64,000 nucleotides of DNA from Eledone cirrhosa (GCA_964016885.1 OZ024740.1:105958001-106022000), one strand, 5' to 3'. Shown: positions 27,486 to 40,704, numbered from the stretch's first letter. Program-made: numbers and translations. The notes: a model not told the origin generated them from the sequence alone.

Positions 27486-27844
27486 GACGGTCCCTCCCCA
27501 CCGCTTGCAACTGCTGGACTTGAAAACAGTCGAGAATATATAGTTTCTCGTCTGTGTAACTGAGGTGATTAATCTCATTTGCATATGAAGCTGCATAAAT
27601 TGGCTCAACTTATAATAGAACAGAAATAAGATTTTGCTTCAAGCATAGCTTTATACAAATATTTATAGAAATTTCGTATTTCTAAAGAAACACGGTCTTA
27701 GGAAGCCGTAGCTATGCAAACACCGGGGCTAACGCCCTCTGGTGCTGTCCAGCAGAAGCAAGGGGGACAACCATCTATGCATTTCAGGCTTGACTGGCCT
27801 TCATCAGGATGGTCCCTCCCACCACTTGCAACTGCTGGACTTGA
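27481..27844 (-). mobile_element. Retrozyme-like 322-nt unit with ~40-nt terminal redundancy
   Basis: atcagga.ggtccctcccacc.cttgcaactgctggacttga at 27481 and 27803. Contains a complete HHR; (TA)n on the left. Confidence 0.7.
27770..27813 (-). ncRNA. Type I hammerhead with consensus core and long extended stem I
   Basis: Minus strand: accatc CTGATGA aggc cagtcaa gcct GAA ATGCAT A|gatggt. Distal pairing gtccagcag/ctgctggac. Confidence 0.85.
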
Positions 27845-27893
27845 GAGAAAAATAACAGGTCTATTCATGTTGCCATCTCTTGGAAAACTATTG

Positions 27894-27924
<31 letters not shown>

Positions 27925-28189
27925 TTCACAGCAATCACAGATAAATAATAGCTGCTGATCTATTATTTCAAATGCTTTTACTTGACTCTACATTCAAATT
28001 TTCCTCAAGACTTTCTTACTATTATTTCTATCTCCTGTAGTAACCATGGCGACGAACTCTGGCATATATAAAGAGCGATAGAGAGGAGTAGAGTAGGTGA
28101 AATAAAGAGAGAGGGGGGAGAGAGAGAAAGAGAGACTGACGGTCTGTCATTAATAGATTAGAGTATATTGTTATTACAATTGAGATCAG

Positions 28190-28550
28190 TCATCAGTATC
28201 TTCCTCGTCATTGTCATCGTCATCACCATCATCATCGTGATCGTCGCCATCATCATCATCAACATCGTCATAGTCATCGTTATTACCATCATCATCGTCA
28301 CCAACATCATCATCGTCATAGTCGCCATCATCATAATCATGATTATCACCACTACTGTTGCCAGCACTATCACTATAATCATCAACATCATCGCCATCAT
28401 CATCATCATCATGATTATCACCACCACTATCACTAGCACACCTTCATCGCCACCACCACCACCACCAACATCACTATAATCATCATTATCATAGTCGTCG
28501 CCGCTGTCATCTTCAACCTCACCATTATCACGATCGGCGTAATCCTCATC
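28190..28550. repeat. Degenerate (CAT/CAC)n low-complexity tract
   Basis: Trinucleotide runs that produce spurious poly-I and poly-M ORFs. Confidence 0.85.
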
Positions 28551-28664
28551 ATCGGCTTTGTCACTTAACAGCCTGAATAAAAGTCAATTTATCCAGTCAC
28601 CTTCACAAATATCTGTTGCTCTCTTTCTATCTTGCTCACCACTGCGCCTCTCTCTCTCTCCCCC

Positions 28665-28728
<64 letters not shown>

Positions 28729-28732
28729 TTCT

Positions 28733-28766
<34 letters not shown>

Positions 28767-28964
28767 TTTCAAAGGGGATGGGAAACCCCAGGTTACAGAA
28801 GGTACTCCTTACGTTAATAGAAGAATCATGCCTATTTTATAGAGAAATGACATTTAACAGGACTTGAACGGTTTCATTCGCATGAAATCAGATGATTTCA
28901 TACGAAGGAAGGAGTTCTAGTAACACATGCAAGTCATGTGTAAAGGATTTAATGTCATAGGTAG

Positions 28965-29170
28965 AGGATTGGCGGAATCGGTAGAACATCGAACAAAATG
29001 ATTTGCGGTATTTAATTACGACTCTCAACGTTCTGAGTTCAAATCCCACCAAGTTGAACTTTTTTCTTTTCATCCTTCCGGCGTTGATGAAAAAGTACCA
29101 GTATAGCACTGAAAGCAATATAACGGACATTCGCCTTCCCACTGGCCTTGTTCATCAATTAAAAATCATT
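28965..29170 (+). mobile_element. Diverged tRNA-derived SINE
   Basis: ggattggcggaatcggtagaac...tctgagttcaaatccc...ctttcatcc...aaaaagtaccag. Confidence 0.7.
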
Positions 29171-29649
29171 ATTTAGCAAAGTGTGAAGGATAATTGAGTG
29201 AAATGTTTACTGGCGATAAAGTAAAGTACAAGATGCCAAACTATATCGAATTTACATCTAAGTATTTGAACAAAAGCTAAATATGTATATGAATTAAATT
29301 CTCTTATGCAACTAATTAAGAAGTGAACGTAAAACATACATTTTAAACTATGAAAAGGAGGCCCAAAAGCTATACCCAAAAGCAATACTGAAAGTCTGTG
29401 ACTGACTTTACATAGTATTCCTTATATGTACATTAAACCTGCAAGTAAATTTCAATTGCAATAAACGATTTTTTATATATATTGCTCTGTAGGTTTTATT
29501 TATTACCTTTCTGTTATATGAAGGGCAGTCATTAAGAGCTAAAACCTGGGTTATGAACAGATAATTATAGAGATTCACATTAATGAGGATCAACACGCAC
29601 ACACCCACACACCCTCCCCCCACACACACGCACGCACGCACACGCACGC

Positions 29650-29709
<60 letters not shown>

Positions 29710-29934
29710 GTATATATATATGTATATATATATGTATATATATATGTATATATATATATAAATATATATATAAGGTAAGAAACTCTTAGGAGAGCTGGAC
29801 AGCAGAGGGTCTTCAGAGAAAAAAACCCTGCATGTGTTTCGGCCCTTATCTTCTTACACTGAAGTGATATAGGGGTCCTGACTCTTTTCCTATTGCCCAC
29901 TCTACTACCCGGGGTTCTGACTCTTGACTCTTTT

Positions 29935-29986
<52 letters not shown>

Positions 29987-30073
29987 AGAGTTAAACAAGA
30001 TTCAATGAGTACATCAAAGAATGAGTTTTACAATAGATAGGAAGCACTCTACAGCTAAATGTTTTCCAGAGTT

Positions 30074-30722
30074 ATTAATATTAATTCAAAATATTAAGAA
30101 AACAGATATTCTTGTGATCAATTAAATTGTATTATACATATTTCAGAGGTACTGAATTAAGTTCAACAGAACGTCCTCATCAGATAAAATAAAATGATAC
30201 ATGACATACCCTGACATGGTAGATAGTTAAGATTTAATCAAGGTAGTGATTAATTTATGAGAAAACTAAATATTTATACCTTAATATTGAGAACATGAGA
30301 GAACGTAATACAATCAATAGAGAGAGTGTGAGTAATATATTTTAAGAAATACATGGCATCAATGTAACAATTATAGCAAAACTACTAAAAAACTACTCCC
30401 GCATATTTCTATAGTAGTTTTTGCTATAACTGTTACATTGATGCCATGTATTTCTTAAAATATATTACTCACACTCTCTCTATTGATTCTATTACGTTCT
30501 CTCATGTTCTCAATATTAGGGTATAAATATTTAGTTTTCTCATAAATTAATCACTACCTTGATTAAATCTTAACTATCTACCATGTCAGGGTATGTCATG
30601 TATCATTTTATTTTATCTGATGAGGACGTTCTGTTGAACTTAATTCAGTACCTCTGAAATATGTATAATAAAATTTAATTGATCACAAGAATATCTGTTT
30701 TGTTAATATTGGGAATTAATAT
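30074..30722. mobile_element. PLE-like inverted-repeat element, ~312-bp arms (30074-30387 / 30412-30722), 24-nt spacer
   Basis: Near-perfect palindrome. The left arm has an extra ~90-bp outer extension (29985-30073) homologous to 47655-47740. Confidence 0.9.
30611..30673 (+). ncRNA. Minimal hammerhead (antisense twin at ~30127-30189)
   Basis: ttttat CTGATGA ggacgttctg...cagtacctct GAA ATATGTAT A|ataaaa. Confidence 0.7.
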
Positions 30723-30764
30723 ATATATATATATATATATAATATAATATAAGATAGTATAATA

Positions 30765-30956
30765 TAATTGTTTCTACTTTTGGCACAAGGCCAGCAATTA
30801 CCCAGTACATTACTGGTACTTTATTTTATCGACCCCGTACGGATGAAAGGCAAAGTTGACCTCGGCGGGATTTGAACTCAGAATGGCAAGGGCCGTAACT
30901 CTATACGTCAAAGCATGGCGCCCGACCCTCTACCGATACTGCCAATCCACCGCCCT
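30765..30956 (-). mobile_element. Full-length tRNA-derived SINE in (ATAAT)n
   Basis: Close match to the reverse complement of 8360-8555. Confidence 0.9.
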
Positions 30957-32587
30957 TAATAATATAATATAATATAATATAATAGCAAATTTGCGAACGG
31001 TATAACAACTCGTAGCACGAATGAACAAAATATCTTCCTCATCGGCTACCCACCAGATAAATGTATGTATGTATATTTGATTTGTGTGTGTGTGTTGGTT
31101 CTACTCCACTAGACGTCCGCTGCGAACATCACTCTTCGAAGTTCGTTGATTAGCGGCTGAACTGGCGTAGCACTGTAAGTGATGCCTTGGATCATACCCA
31201 CAGCATGTAATATCTAGAGTTACAGTAACACTTGCATATCGAGATGACAGCATACCAAATCTTGTGTGCGAAATGAAAGCAAACCACGATCTCGATGATT
31301 CCATCTCTGTATAGTGACATCATTAAATTTGATTTTAAAAACATATCTTAAGACGAAATGCGAGACGCTGGAAGGTTTATTTTTTTTTATCTGTGATTGG
31401 AAAAGTTTAGGTTTCAAAAATATATACATTGAAATCAATTAGTTTCCATTCATCAAATAAAACCTGTCAGTGGGAGCGTAACTATTTGCTTCAAGACTTC
31501 AAAGTTATTATTACAATGGTGATAAATACACCCACGTAAGTGGTCTTGTTGTTCAGTAAATGACGAACACTAACTTTTATATATAAAATGTAAATAAATA
31601 TACAAGAATCCACACATACTTTAAAAAAACGTGTGTACACAGACATATATACGTACATACATAGTACATACATAGTACATACGTACACCCCCCCCCACAC
31701 ACACACACAACATCTATATATTATTCAAGTAAAAAAAAGTTGGTTAATGAAATCATCTATCGACTTTAATCGTAAACAGTGTACAATACTCTCTGTCTTG
31801 CTGCACGCTCGCAAAGCGTTTCCAGATTAAAGTGGATCTATTTCGCGCGGTTGCGATCTTTGCACCACTGAAACTCTACATATTATTAATAGAAGACACC
31901 GGGTAATTAACAAACGCTTTGACCTCTTTAATACTTGTATGAATAGAATATCTAAAACTTTCCCTAAATTATATAGTTAACATTAACTTCCACCTACACT
32001 TTACTTCCTCTTCTTCGGCCGAGTTTACACTCGCCAATATATGAGACTTTCCACCCTTTGTCTGGTTTTGTTTATTGTCCTGCAGGGTGTCCAAAATCAC
32101 CCTCCTCACCAAGTAAACTTGGTGGGGTTGCCGGTTTAGTCGCCGACGACCCGACCATGCGACAGGTTGTGCTGGGTCACATGCTACCAGTAGCACTCAA
32201 GAGGGACTTGACATTAAAACACTTTAACATAATCAATAAACCTAAAAAACATCGGTACGTCATTGCATAGTTATACTTGGATCTCTTTTTCTACTACCGT
32301 CAAGCCTCTTCAAAATATGAATACGTGACCATTAGATTAAATAAATAAGTAAGTAAATTATTCAGACTAATTCTTTAACATACATGAAGCGGATCGATTG
32401 ACCTCCTTGGTAATTTGATACCTTGGCCTACCTACCATCCCGAGAATTTAGTAAGACAAGTATCTCTCACACTCTTCCTGTCCACAGGAATAGCCATGTA
32501 CATCATATTCCTACTGTAGTTGACTACTACTACCACGCTCCCAACTACAGTAGCATATCAAAAACTAAATCATTACAACTTTACACC

Positions 32588-32654
32588 TGTCTGATGAGAA
32601 CACGGCAAAGCGTTGTTATGTAATCACTTTGACGCCTTTGAAATACGTATAACA
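32588..32654 (+). ncRNA. Minimal hammerhead candidate
   Basis: tgt CTGATGA gaacacggcaaag...ctttgacgccttt GAA ATACGTAT A|aca. Palindromic stem III; stem I only 3 bp. Confidence 0.55.
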
Positions 32655-32712
32655 TAATTATACAATAAATAGAGGTTGTACAATTAAAACCTTCCTTCTT
32701 CTTTATTATATA

Positions 32713-33368
32713 CTAGCAGTGGTACCTGGTGTTGCACGGGATAAGGTATTTTGGAACGTGGGCTGCCAACAGGCCTAATCGTGGAAAAACTGCATGCCTG
32801 GCCAATATATAAAGAAAATAAACTGAATTCTCTGATAGCTGGATAATCTTTAAGATATTCCTCGATGAAGGAGGAAAAATGCAGGTTTTCACCTAATGCG
32901 GGCCCTAGGGGATCAAGAAAATTTTTTTTTTTTTATGTGCATAATATGCCTTGAAATTTCGGGAAAATTGGCTACGCGTAACGCCTCAAAAAAGCCCTAA
33001 AAAGCTGGAAAAAAAATGAAGTTTCTCACCTAATGCGGGCCCTAGACCATAAAAAAGTTGGATTTTCTTCGCTCACGGTATGAAGAAGAGACTGACTAAT
33101 ACATATTTACAATTTCAAGGATATTGGTCTGACGTAACGCCTAAAAGAATACCCTAAAAAGCTGCAAAAATGCAGTTTTTCACCTAATGCAGACCCTAGG
33201 GTATCAAAAAGTTAAATTTGATGTGCATAACACTCCCTGAAACATAAGTAATACACATGTAAAGTTTGAAAATGATGGGTTGGGTACTTCTCGAGTTTTA
33301 GGGATTCAAACTCACAGACACGCGCACACACACACACAGACAGACATCCTCAGTTTTATATATATAGA
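32713..33368 (-). mobile_element. Non-autonomous Helitron with ~3 internal ~150-bp repeats
   Basis: Minus strand starts TCtatatatataaaactgaggatgtctgtctgt and ends cccgtgcaacaccaggt..tgCTAG|t. cacctaatgc.g.ccctag recurs three times. Confidence 0.7.
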
Positions 33369-33370
33369 TA

Positions 33371-33664
33371 TCTATATATCTAAAACAGAGAATGTCTGTC
33401 TGTCTATCTGTCTGACTCCCTAAAACTTGAGAACCACCCAACTGAGTTTTTTCAAACTTTACACATGTAATACTTATGGTCACGTGAGTGTTTTGAGCAA
33501 AAAATAGTTTAAATTTTTAATGCCCTAATGACCGCATTAGGCGATTTAGCGACCTCTCCGTTTCTTAGTCTGTCTTTTTAGATATATACATAGGTATAAC
33601 GTCGCGCCCTTATAATATCTGTCTGTATGTCTGGCTGTCTGCATTACGACATAATGACACTATC

Positions 33665-33752
<88 letters not shown>

Positions 33753-33879
33753 GTGTGTGTATATATAGTGTGTAACGTTTTTCGAAATATTTACTTCTGC
33801 GTTCACAGAATGATTTTTTTAGTTTCAGAAGATCCCGTTAAGGGTGAAAGCAGCGATTCTTTGCTTAAACATTAATCTG

Positions 33880-33978
<99 letters not shown>

Positions 33979-34299
33979 TGTGTGTGTGTAGATAATAATA
34001 ATAATAATATAATAATAATTTGCTGCTGTCGTGAAATAAATACGTTTGTTTATATTTTGTTATTGTGTATGTAAAAATATCTGTACACAAAAACAACAAC
34101 AAAAAAGAGAGGGAACGCAATTACATGCTTTTGAGAAATCTTAATGGAAAATTATTTGCCTATTCACCCAAGGCGACTTCACTTTTTATTAGGACTTCTG
34201 CATGAATTAGTGAACATACGACGAAACTGTTTCAGAGAGGAGGGATAAACATGCTAATCTATGTTTATAATCCCGAGCAACGCCGGGCCATTCTGCTAG
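33371..34299 (+). mobile_element. Non-autonomous Helitron, head-to-head with the previous one
   Basis: a|TCtatatatctaaaacagagaatgtctgtctgtc ... cccgagcaacgccggg ccattctgCTAG|t. That these two ends belong to one element is inferred. Confidence 0.6.
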
Positions 34300-34846
34300 T
34301 ATAAACTATAATTAACAAAGAGAAGACAAGACAGCGAACGGAAATAAAAAAAACGAAAAACAATTCTTTAAAGGGAAACCTTAAACAATTATTTTTAAAA
34401 ATAAAAATACAAACGAAGGGCACAGAACTCTATGGTCATCGATCTTTGAGATGGATATTGGCAGTTTGGATGCCTACCAATGGTATTGCTGATTCACCCG
34501 GGGTCACAGCGTCTGACATGAGCCACATGATGTCCAGTGGAGTAACAGACAAGAGACAAAACATTAATTTATAATAAGTAAACTAAATACGCGTAGAATT
34601 CTGTGTGATGTAGCACGAGACATGAATGATACAAAGAAAAAAAGAAAGATAAAAGAAAGTGTTAAAAATATATAAGCCATTGCAATAGATGGAGGAGGGG
34701 AGAAGAGATACACACGTTCGTCACATTAGCAAATAAACTTAAGAAAATTAACAGAGGACTCGACAATGAGCGAAAACAAAACAAAACGAAAAATAATTTT
34801 TTAAGCGGAAACCTTAAAAAATGACTTTAAAAAAATACAAACGAAA

Positions 34847-34918
<72 letters not shown>

Positions 34919-35365
34919 CGTGTATGTGTGTGTGTGTGTGTGCGTGTGTGTGTGTGTGTATGATATGATATGTATATTCCGATATATCTTTTCTCTATTT
35001 TTTTACAACACCCATCGGATTCTACTTTAGTTAGATATATAATACAATTGCTTTTATTATCTATTTCCAATTTAATGGCCTCCATATTTATTCATAACCT
35101 CACTGTAGTAGTATTTTGCCTGTCATCCCTGCGAGATTCGTTAATAAAGTACATTTACATTGGTAAAAAAGTATATTTGTTCCGGTATTTTGTGTTCTGA
35201 GTTCAAATCCCATCGTGAATTACTTGAGTGGTAAACTAAATTAGTGACCCGGTTTAACGCCATCACTTAATTTCTCGATTTCCTTCATTCTATCAGTTCC
35301 AGAGGCTCAGATAAAGCTCAGGAGCGCAGTCATGGAAAACGCTTGTATTTGTAGAGTTAATCTTA

Positions 35366-35680
35366 GGAGTAAAGACCCCCTTCAGTCACGAATGACCATG
35401 GGATTTGCACCTAGAACGTTTCCCTCCGAGACACAAGTCTGGGCAAGGTTATTTGCGGAAGACCAGCAGTCGCCCATGCATACCAGTCTCCCCTCTCCAC
35501 GCCACCGATGTTGTCAAGGGAAAGGCAAAAGCCGATATAGCTTGGCACCAGTGACGTTGCAACTTATTTCCACAGCTGAGTGAACTGGAGCAAAGTAAAA
35601 GAACACAACACAAATCCCGGTCCGAGAATCAAACTCACAACCTCACGTTGTAAGACCGACGCCCTAACCACTAAGCCATT
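35366..35680 (-). mobile_element. Full-length tRNA-headed SINE (second family)
   Basis: Minus strand starts atggcttagtggttagggcg...gtgagtttgattctcgg. Body continues to ggggtctttactcc. Confidence 0.75.
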
Positions 35681-36411
35681 ACTAGATATACGTACTCATG
35701 TGCACAAACATGCAAATACATCTACACACATATATAGTTATATACGATGCATCAAGTGGCTCATAACTAGTTATAGCATGACACCAAGGTGCAAAATCTC
35801 CATGTAAAGTACGTAGCACTAACCAGTTTGGCACACTTAATTTTTCTTTGTAACTAAATCCAGGGATTTTTAAATACGTTATAAGCTATATAATTCTATA
35901 TCGAACTAACCTCAGGGATATTTTTAGACGCTACCGAAATACTCATCAACTATATCGTACTCCCACTCTCTTTTGTTGTGAAATCTTCCTTTATAGTACG
36001 TTGTACTCGACTTCGAGTAAGTAGTCTCGACAATTTATAGTCATTTTTCCAGACACTTTACAACACCAATATACAAGACACAAATAACTGACAATTTTGT
36101 CGAAATGTCACCATTCGTATTATTCATTCAGTTGTGACTGTTGATATAAATAGTGACATTAAATTACGAAAAGTTATGTTGCACAAAAATAGACTTAGCA
36201 ATAAACGTAGTAAAGAGTTAATTATATTTAGAAGACTTTCCATTTTTTTTAAATTCAAAGTTCTATACTGTAAATAGATTGGAAGAGAAAAGAAATTGTG
36301 ATATATATATATATATATATATACGATATACAGAGTAAAACATGTTTCTTCTTTATTTTCTTATATGAAAAATACAAAACGTCGGCGAGAAATGAGATCA
36401 GGAATGTATTT

Positions 36412-36522
36412 GCTTTAACATATGTTTCTCTATCTATTATAATTTTATATATATGCTGATTACAATATATATTGTTTAATGATATGCAATACATAATTAT
36501 TTATCACACTTCATCAGAAAGC
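36412..36522 (-). ncRNA. Hammerhead candidate with long AT-rich stem II
   Basis: gcttt CTGATGA (~80 nt) GAA ACATATGT T|aaagc. The base of stem II pairs poorly. Confidence 0.45.
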
Positions 36523-37545
36523 TCATAATTATGGAGTGACTATTCACTACGCCGTAGAATTCAGGAAAGGGATTTTCATTTAAGAAAATATCAATAAGTC
36601 AAAATGATAATAAAAATATATGACAAAATGACAACTGCTCCAGCAATTCGAACTGTGTAATACCTCAAGCGGTAGTGATACACATAATATTAAAAATCAA
36701 GTTGAATCAGTTAAAAATAGCAGCAAATCACAATCTACCGTCTTGAAGAAACACTGAATAATGTAATATAGATATTGTCGATACACCCTGAAGAAGATAG
36801 GGTAGTCATAGCCGGCATATTTCTGATGAAAGTAACTTTGTTGGTCGATTCATGCTGTAATCCTTAGTCACTACATACAGAGTAAAACATGTTTCTTCTT
36901 TATTTTCTTATTTATTTATTTAATCTAATACAGCAAGCGTTAACAGCATTAGTAACGTTAAAACATTAATAACGTTATATATAACAGAAGAAAACATTTT
37001 TTCGTGAGCAAAAGATCCACATCTGTTTTAAACATACTAAATAAGATAATCCAGACATTTTCAAAACATCAGAAATTGACGATTAAAATAAAAAAGATGA
37101 AATTGAAATAAAATTCGTGGGAAAGATGAATGAGAAATGTTCAAGATGTGATGCATTCAGTGGGTTGAAGAAAAGATTCTTTATTCTTTAAGATTTTACA
37201 GAGAAATCATCTGTTCAATTTATGTTCTGAAGACACGTTAATTTAAACCAGTGATAACGGTGTCCAATTTAGATCTGATATTAGGACGTTAATGTATGTT
37301 TTACGGTTCACATCCTCTGACATAATGGGCAATAAATAATTCAAAATTAATTAGGAGTGTATCGGCATACAATATATGGTTGGGGTGGGGGGTTCTCTAT
37401 AGATCACCCATATGTCCAATTGCGCCAACAAACTGTTTCCATACTACATATAGTTACTATACTGTAGAAATATATAATGCAATGATATCGATACAAAACA
37501 TTATATTCGAGATAGAGCGTTCGCCCTAGTGTATATATATATATA

Positions 37546-37637
37546 AAGGGTGTATCAAAAAATATATACACACTTCAACAGCATTCTAATAAATATTGCC
37601 TGTACACGTAATCAAAGTGTGTATGCATTTTTGGGAC

Positions 37638-37643
<6 letters not shown>
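37546..37643. mobile_element. ~97-bp Tc1/mariner MITE in (TA)n
   Basis: agggtgtatcaaaaaatatatacacactt ... aagtgtgtatgcatttttgggacaccct, ~30-bp TIRs. Confidence 0.75.
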
Positions 37644-37700
<57 letters not shown>

Positions 37701-38229
37701 TCATTTGTATCTAAGTATGCACATATATATATATATATATATATATGTGTGTATGTGTGTATGTCTATGTATCTATGTATGTATATATGCGTATGTATGT
37801 GCGTGCGTGTGTGCGCATGTGTATGTGTATGTGCGTGCGTGTGTGTGTGTGTGTGAGTGTGTGTGTGTGCGCGCGCGTGTGTGTGTGTGCGCGCACGTGT
37901 GTGTGTGTACAGATAGAAAGAGGGAGAGAGAAAGATATGAGAGTGTCAAGAGGAAAGAAAGACTTAATGACATAGTGAACTGCAATAAATAATCGTATCA
38001 GGTACTGGCTTCTCTTAGAAACTGATTGACGTCAGAAAATTCTTGATTTACTCGAAAGTTCGTCATTTCATCATTTTACTTTCTCTTACTTTCTCTTAGG
38101 AGTTTAATTACTGCGAATAAGTTGTGTGTCATTTAGAAGCTAGTGATAGAGACCTTGAAATATAACATTAATTGAAAGAATTGCTGCATGTAGTCGAATA
38201 CGTTTTATCTTTTATATTGGCCAGTCCTA

Positions 38230-38765
38230 GGAGAGAAGGTTATGAGGATAAAAAGAAGGGGTGGAAGGAAAGGAGAGGCGTGGTGAAAGTGAAGAGGTAG
38301 AGGTGGGGGAGAAGAGGAGTCGGCTGGGAGAAGGTGACGGAAGGAAGCGGAGGAAAGGGAAAGGGAAGGTGAAGAAGGAGAACATGGAGGCAAGTGGTTA
38401 AGGAAGGAAAGAAAGCGGAGTAGGATAAGGAAAATGAAGAGGAGAAAGAACAAGAAGAGGAAAGAGAAGGAAACGGAAGAGGAGGGGGGGAGAAGTGGAG
38501 GAAGAGGAGGGGGAGAATGAAGTGGCAGAAGAGGAGGAAGTGTAGAAGGAGAAGGAGAAGGAGGAAGCGGAAGAGGGGTGATGAGGTGGGGAGGAAGAAG
38601 AATAAGAAGAAAAGGACGAGAAAGAAGTGGATGAAGTGAAGCAGGAAGAGGAGGAGGTGGAGAAGGTGGAGGAATTAGTGGAGGAAGGGGAGGAAGAAGA
38701 AGAGGGGGAAGAAGAGGAGGAGGAAGAGTAGGCGGAGGTGGAGGAGGAGGAGTTGATGTGGAAAG
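38230..38765. repeat. Purine-rich (GAG/GAA) low-complexity tract
   Basis: About 530 bp almost entirely G/A on the + strand. Confidence 0.85.
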
Positions 38766-38879
38766 GCTAACATGGGCCTAAACTCCATATTATCATAAGA
38801 TAATTAGACTGAAGCAGCATCTTCAACAAGAAAAAGGCCAGCAACCATCTCGCCCAGGTTTATGAGCATGAAAATAATA

Positions 38880-39055
38880 ATTCTTTCTACCTTTTGGTAC
38901 AAGGCCAACAATTATCCCAGTCCATTACTGGTGCTTTATTTTATCGACCTCGTAAGAATGAAAGGCAAAGTTAAACTCGGAGGGATTCGAACTCAGATTG
39001 TAAAGAGCTGTACCTCATGGCGTCCGGCACTATACCGATACTGCCAATCCATCTC
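38880..39055 (-). mobile_element. tRNA-derived SINE
   Basis: Reverse complement of the 8360 family. Confidence 0.8.
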
Positions 39056-39380
39056 CCTGAAAATAATAATATTGTTATGATAGCTACTAAACATTGGAAG
39101 ACTCTACTCAATGCTCGTACAAAATATAAAGAATGGACCAATTCACTGATAAGGTTGAACATGGGTACTTGAGAAGAAGAAAAAAAGATCACAGATGGAT
39201 AAACCTTAGTAAAGGCAGGACATGGAGTTCCCACAAGTTCATAACATCCCACCTTGAAAGATATCTCCTTCACAAAAGAGGAAAGTCATCATCTAACAAC
39301 AAATGTAGACTTGCAAAACAAAAATTGAAGATGTTAGCTACATTATTGCCAAATATGAACCAATGTCATCTTGTTACTAC

Positions 39381-39459
39381 CTCACCATGAGGCATGATAT
39401 AATAGCTCACCATGAGGCATGATATAATAGCTCACCATGAGGCATGATATAATAACTCA
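39381..39459. repeat. Three tandem copies of a 25-bp unit
   Basis: ctcaccatgaggcatgatataatag x3. Confidence 0.9.
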
Positions 39460-39723
39460 AAGGAATACTAGTGTAATCTAAAAATAAAAATTGTCACTAA
39501 CTTAAAGCACAACTGGTCTGATATAGTTGTTTGAAACCACAGATTACAAACATGCCCTGCTGTAGAAGTCAGTTGCCCACTTGATATCGATGTGGTATGA
39601 TTAATACAGTATAAAGAAGTCAGAATTGAATTGATATTCAGTCTTACTAAGAGAATCGATTTTAAAGCTGTTATTTGTTACATCGATCTCTATTTGCTGA
39701 ACCTCTATAAAGAGAGGTAGGAT

Positions 39724-39809
<86 letters not shown>

Positions 39810-40593
39810 ATTCTATTTGCATTGAAATATACGAACTTGTAGATTTCTTGGGAGGTCGAACACAAACACACACGACCGCACAGATGAGCGATGGACTATG
39901 CCCTATGCGTTGGACTTGCAAGTGCATTGAAAGATGTGTAACTCTAGTATACATATTATTTATTATTAAGATGTATAAACTTGACACACATATTATCATC
40001 TTATATTCTCTCGACTAATCACATTATGATTATATTTCTCTCTCCCGTTTTCTCCCCCCATATTTATAATATTTTTATTTAACAAAATCTGCTTTTTTAC
40101 ATTGTGTTTTTCCCTTTCTCATACTTGCTTATATTTTTTTTATATATTCTCTATATATTTTTTATATATATTTTTTATTTTTATTTTCATTTTTATCCTC
40201 CTTATATTTTATTTTATTCTTACTTTTATATCTTATTATAGTGTAATCTTCCCTATGCCTTATTGTACAGCATTAACTATAAATTATTATTATTATTATT
40301 CCATTTCTAATTACCTCATGTACTTTCTCCTCCGTTATATATATATTATATGCCCTTTGTGTGTGTGTAGCCTCTGCACACCCTCTGCATCCTACTATCA
40401 ATGCCACCCAATCTATGGCTTCACTAACCACTCGACTCCCGGGAATGAATATGACCACAGATAATAAACAAGGACCCACACCCCACCCTCCCGCACCTAA
40501 ATTAGACTTATTGTCCCCTGCTTTTTCTCTTTACTCTTTGTTCTTGAATGTTTGGTTGGTAGAGTCCATAACACCAATCAAACCCCTTTTATA

Positions 40594-40638
40594 GCTCTGA
40601 AGAACCCTACGGTTACGTAAGGAAGAAACATTGTAAGC
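40594..40638 (+). ncRNA. Minimal hammerhead candidate
   Basis: gct CTGAAGA a ccctacg gtta cgtaagg aa GAA ACATTGT A|agc. Confidence 0.55.
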
Positions 40639-40704
40639 CAATAAAAAATTTGTTGATGTTGTAGACGCTCTTCTGTTCTTTATCATATATATATATATGT
40701 ATCA

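Noticed and set aside
29790-29890. Minus-strand GAAAC and CTGAAGA near each other
   Set aside because: Order and pairing do not give a complete hammerhead; at most a decayed remnant.
39080-39390. Possible PLE GIY-YIG C-terminal remnant (NKCRLAKQKL...LVTTSP)
   Set aside because: Resemblance too weak to call without an HMM search.
39381-39459. CRISPR-like short repeats (also 9170-9370, 10540-10645)
   Set aside because: Tandem units without unique spacers, in a eukaryotic context with no cas genes.
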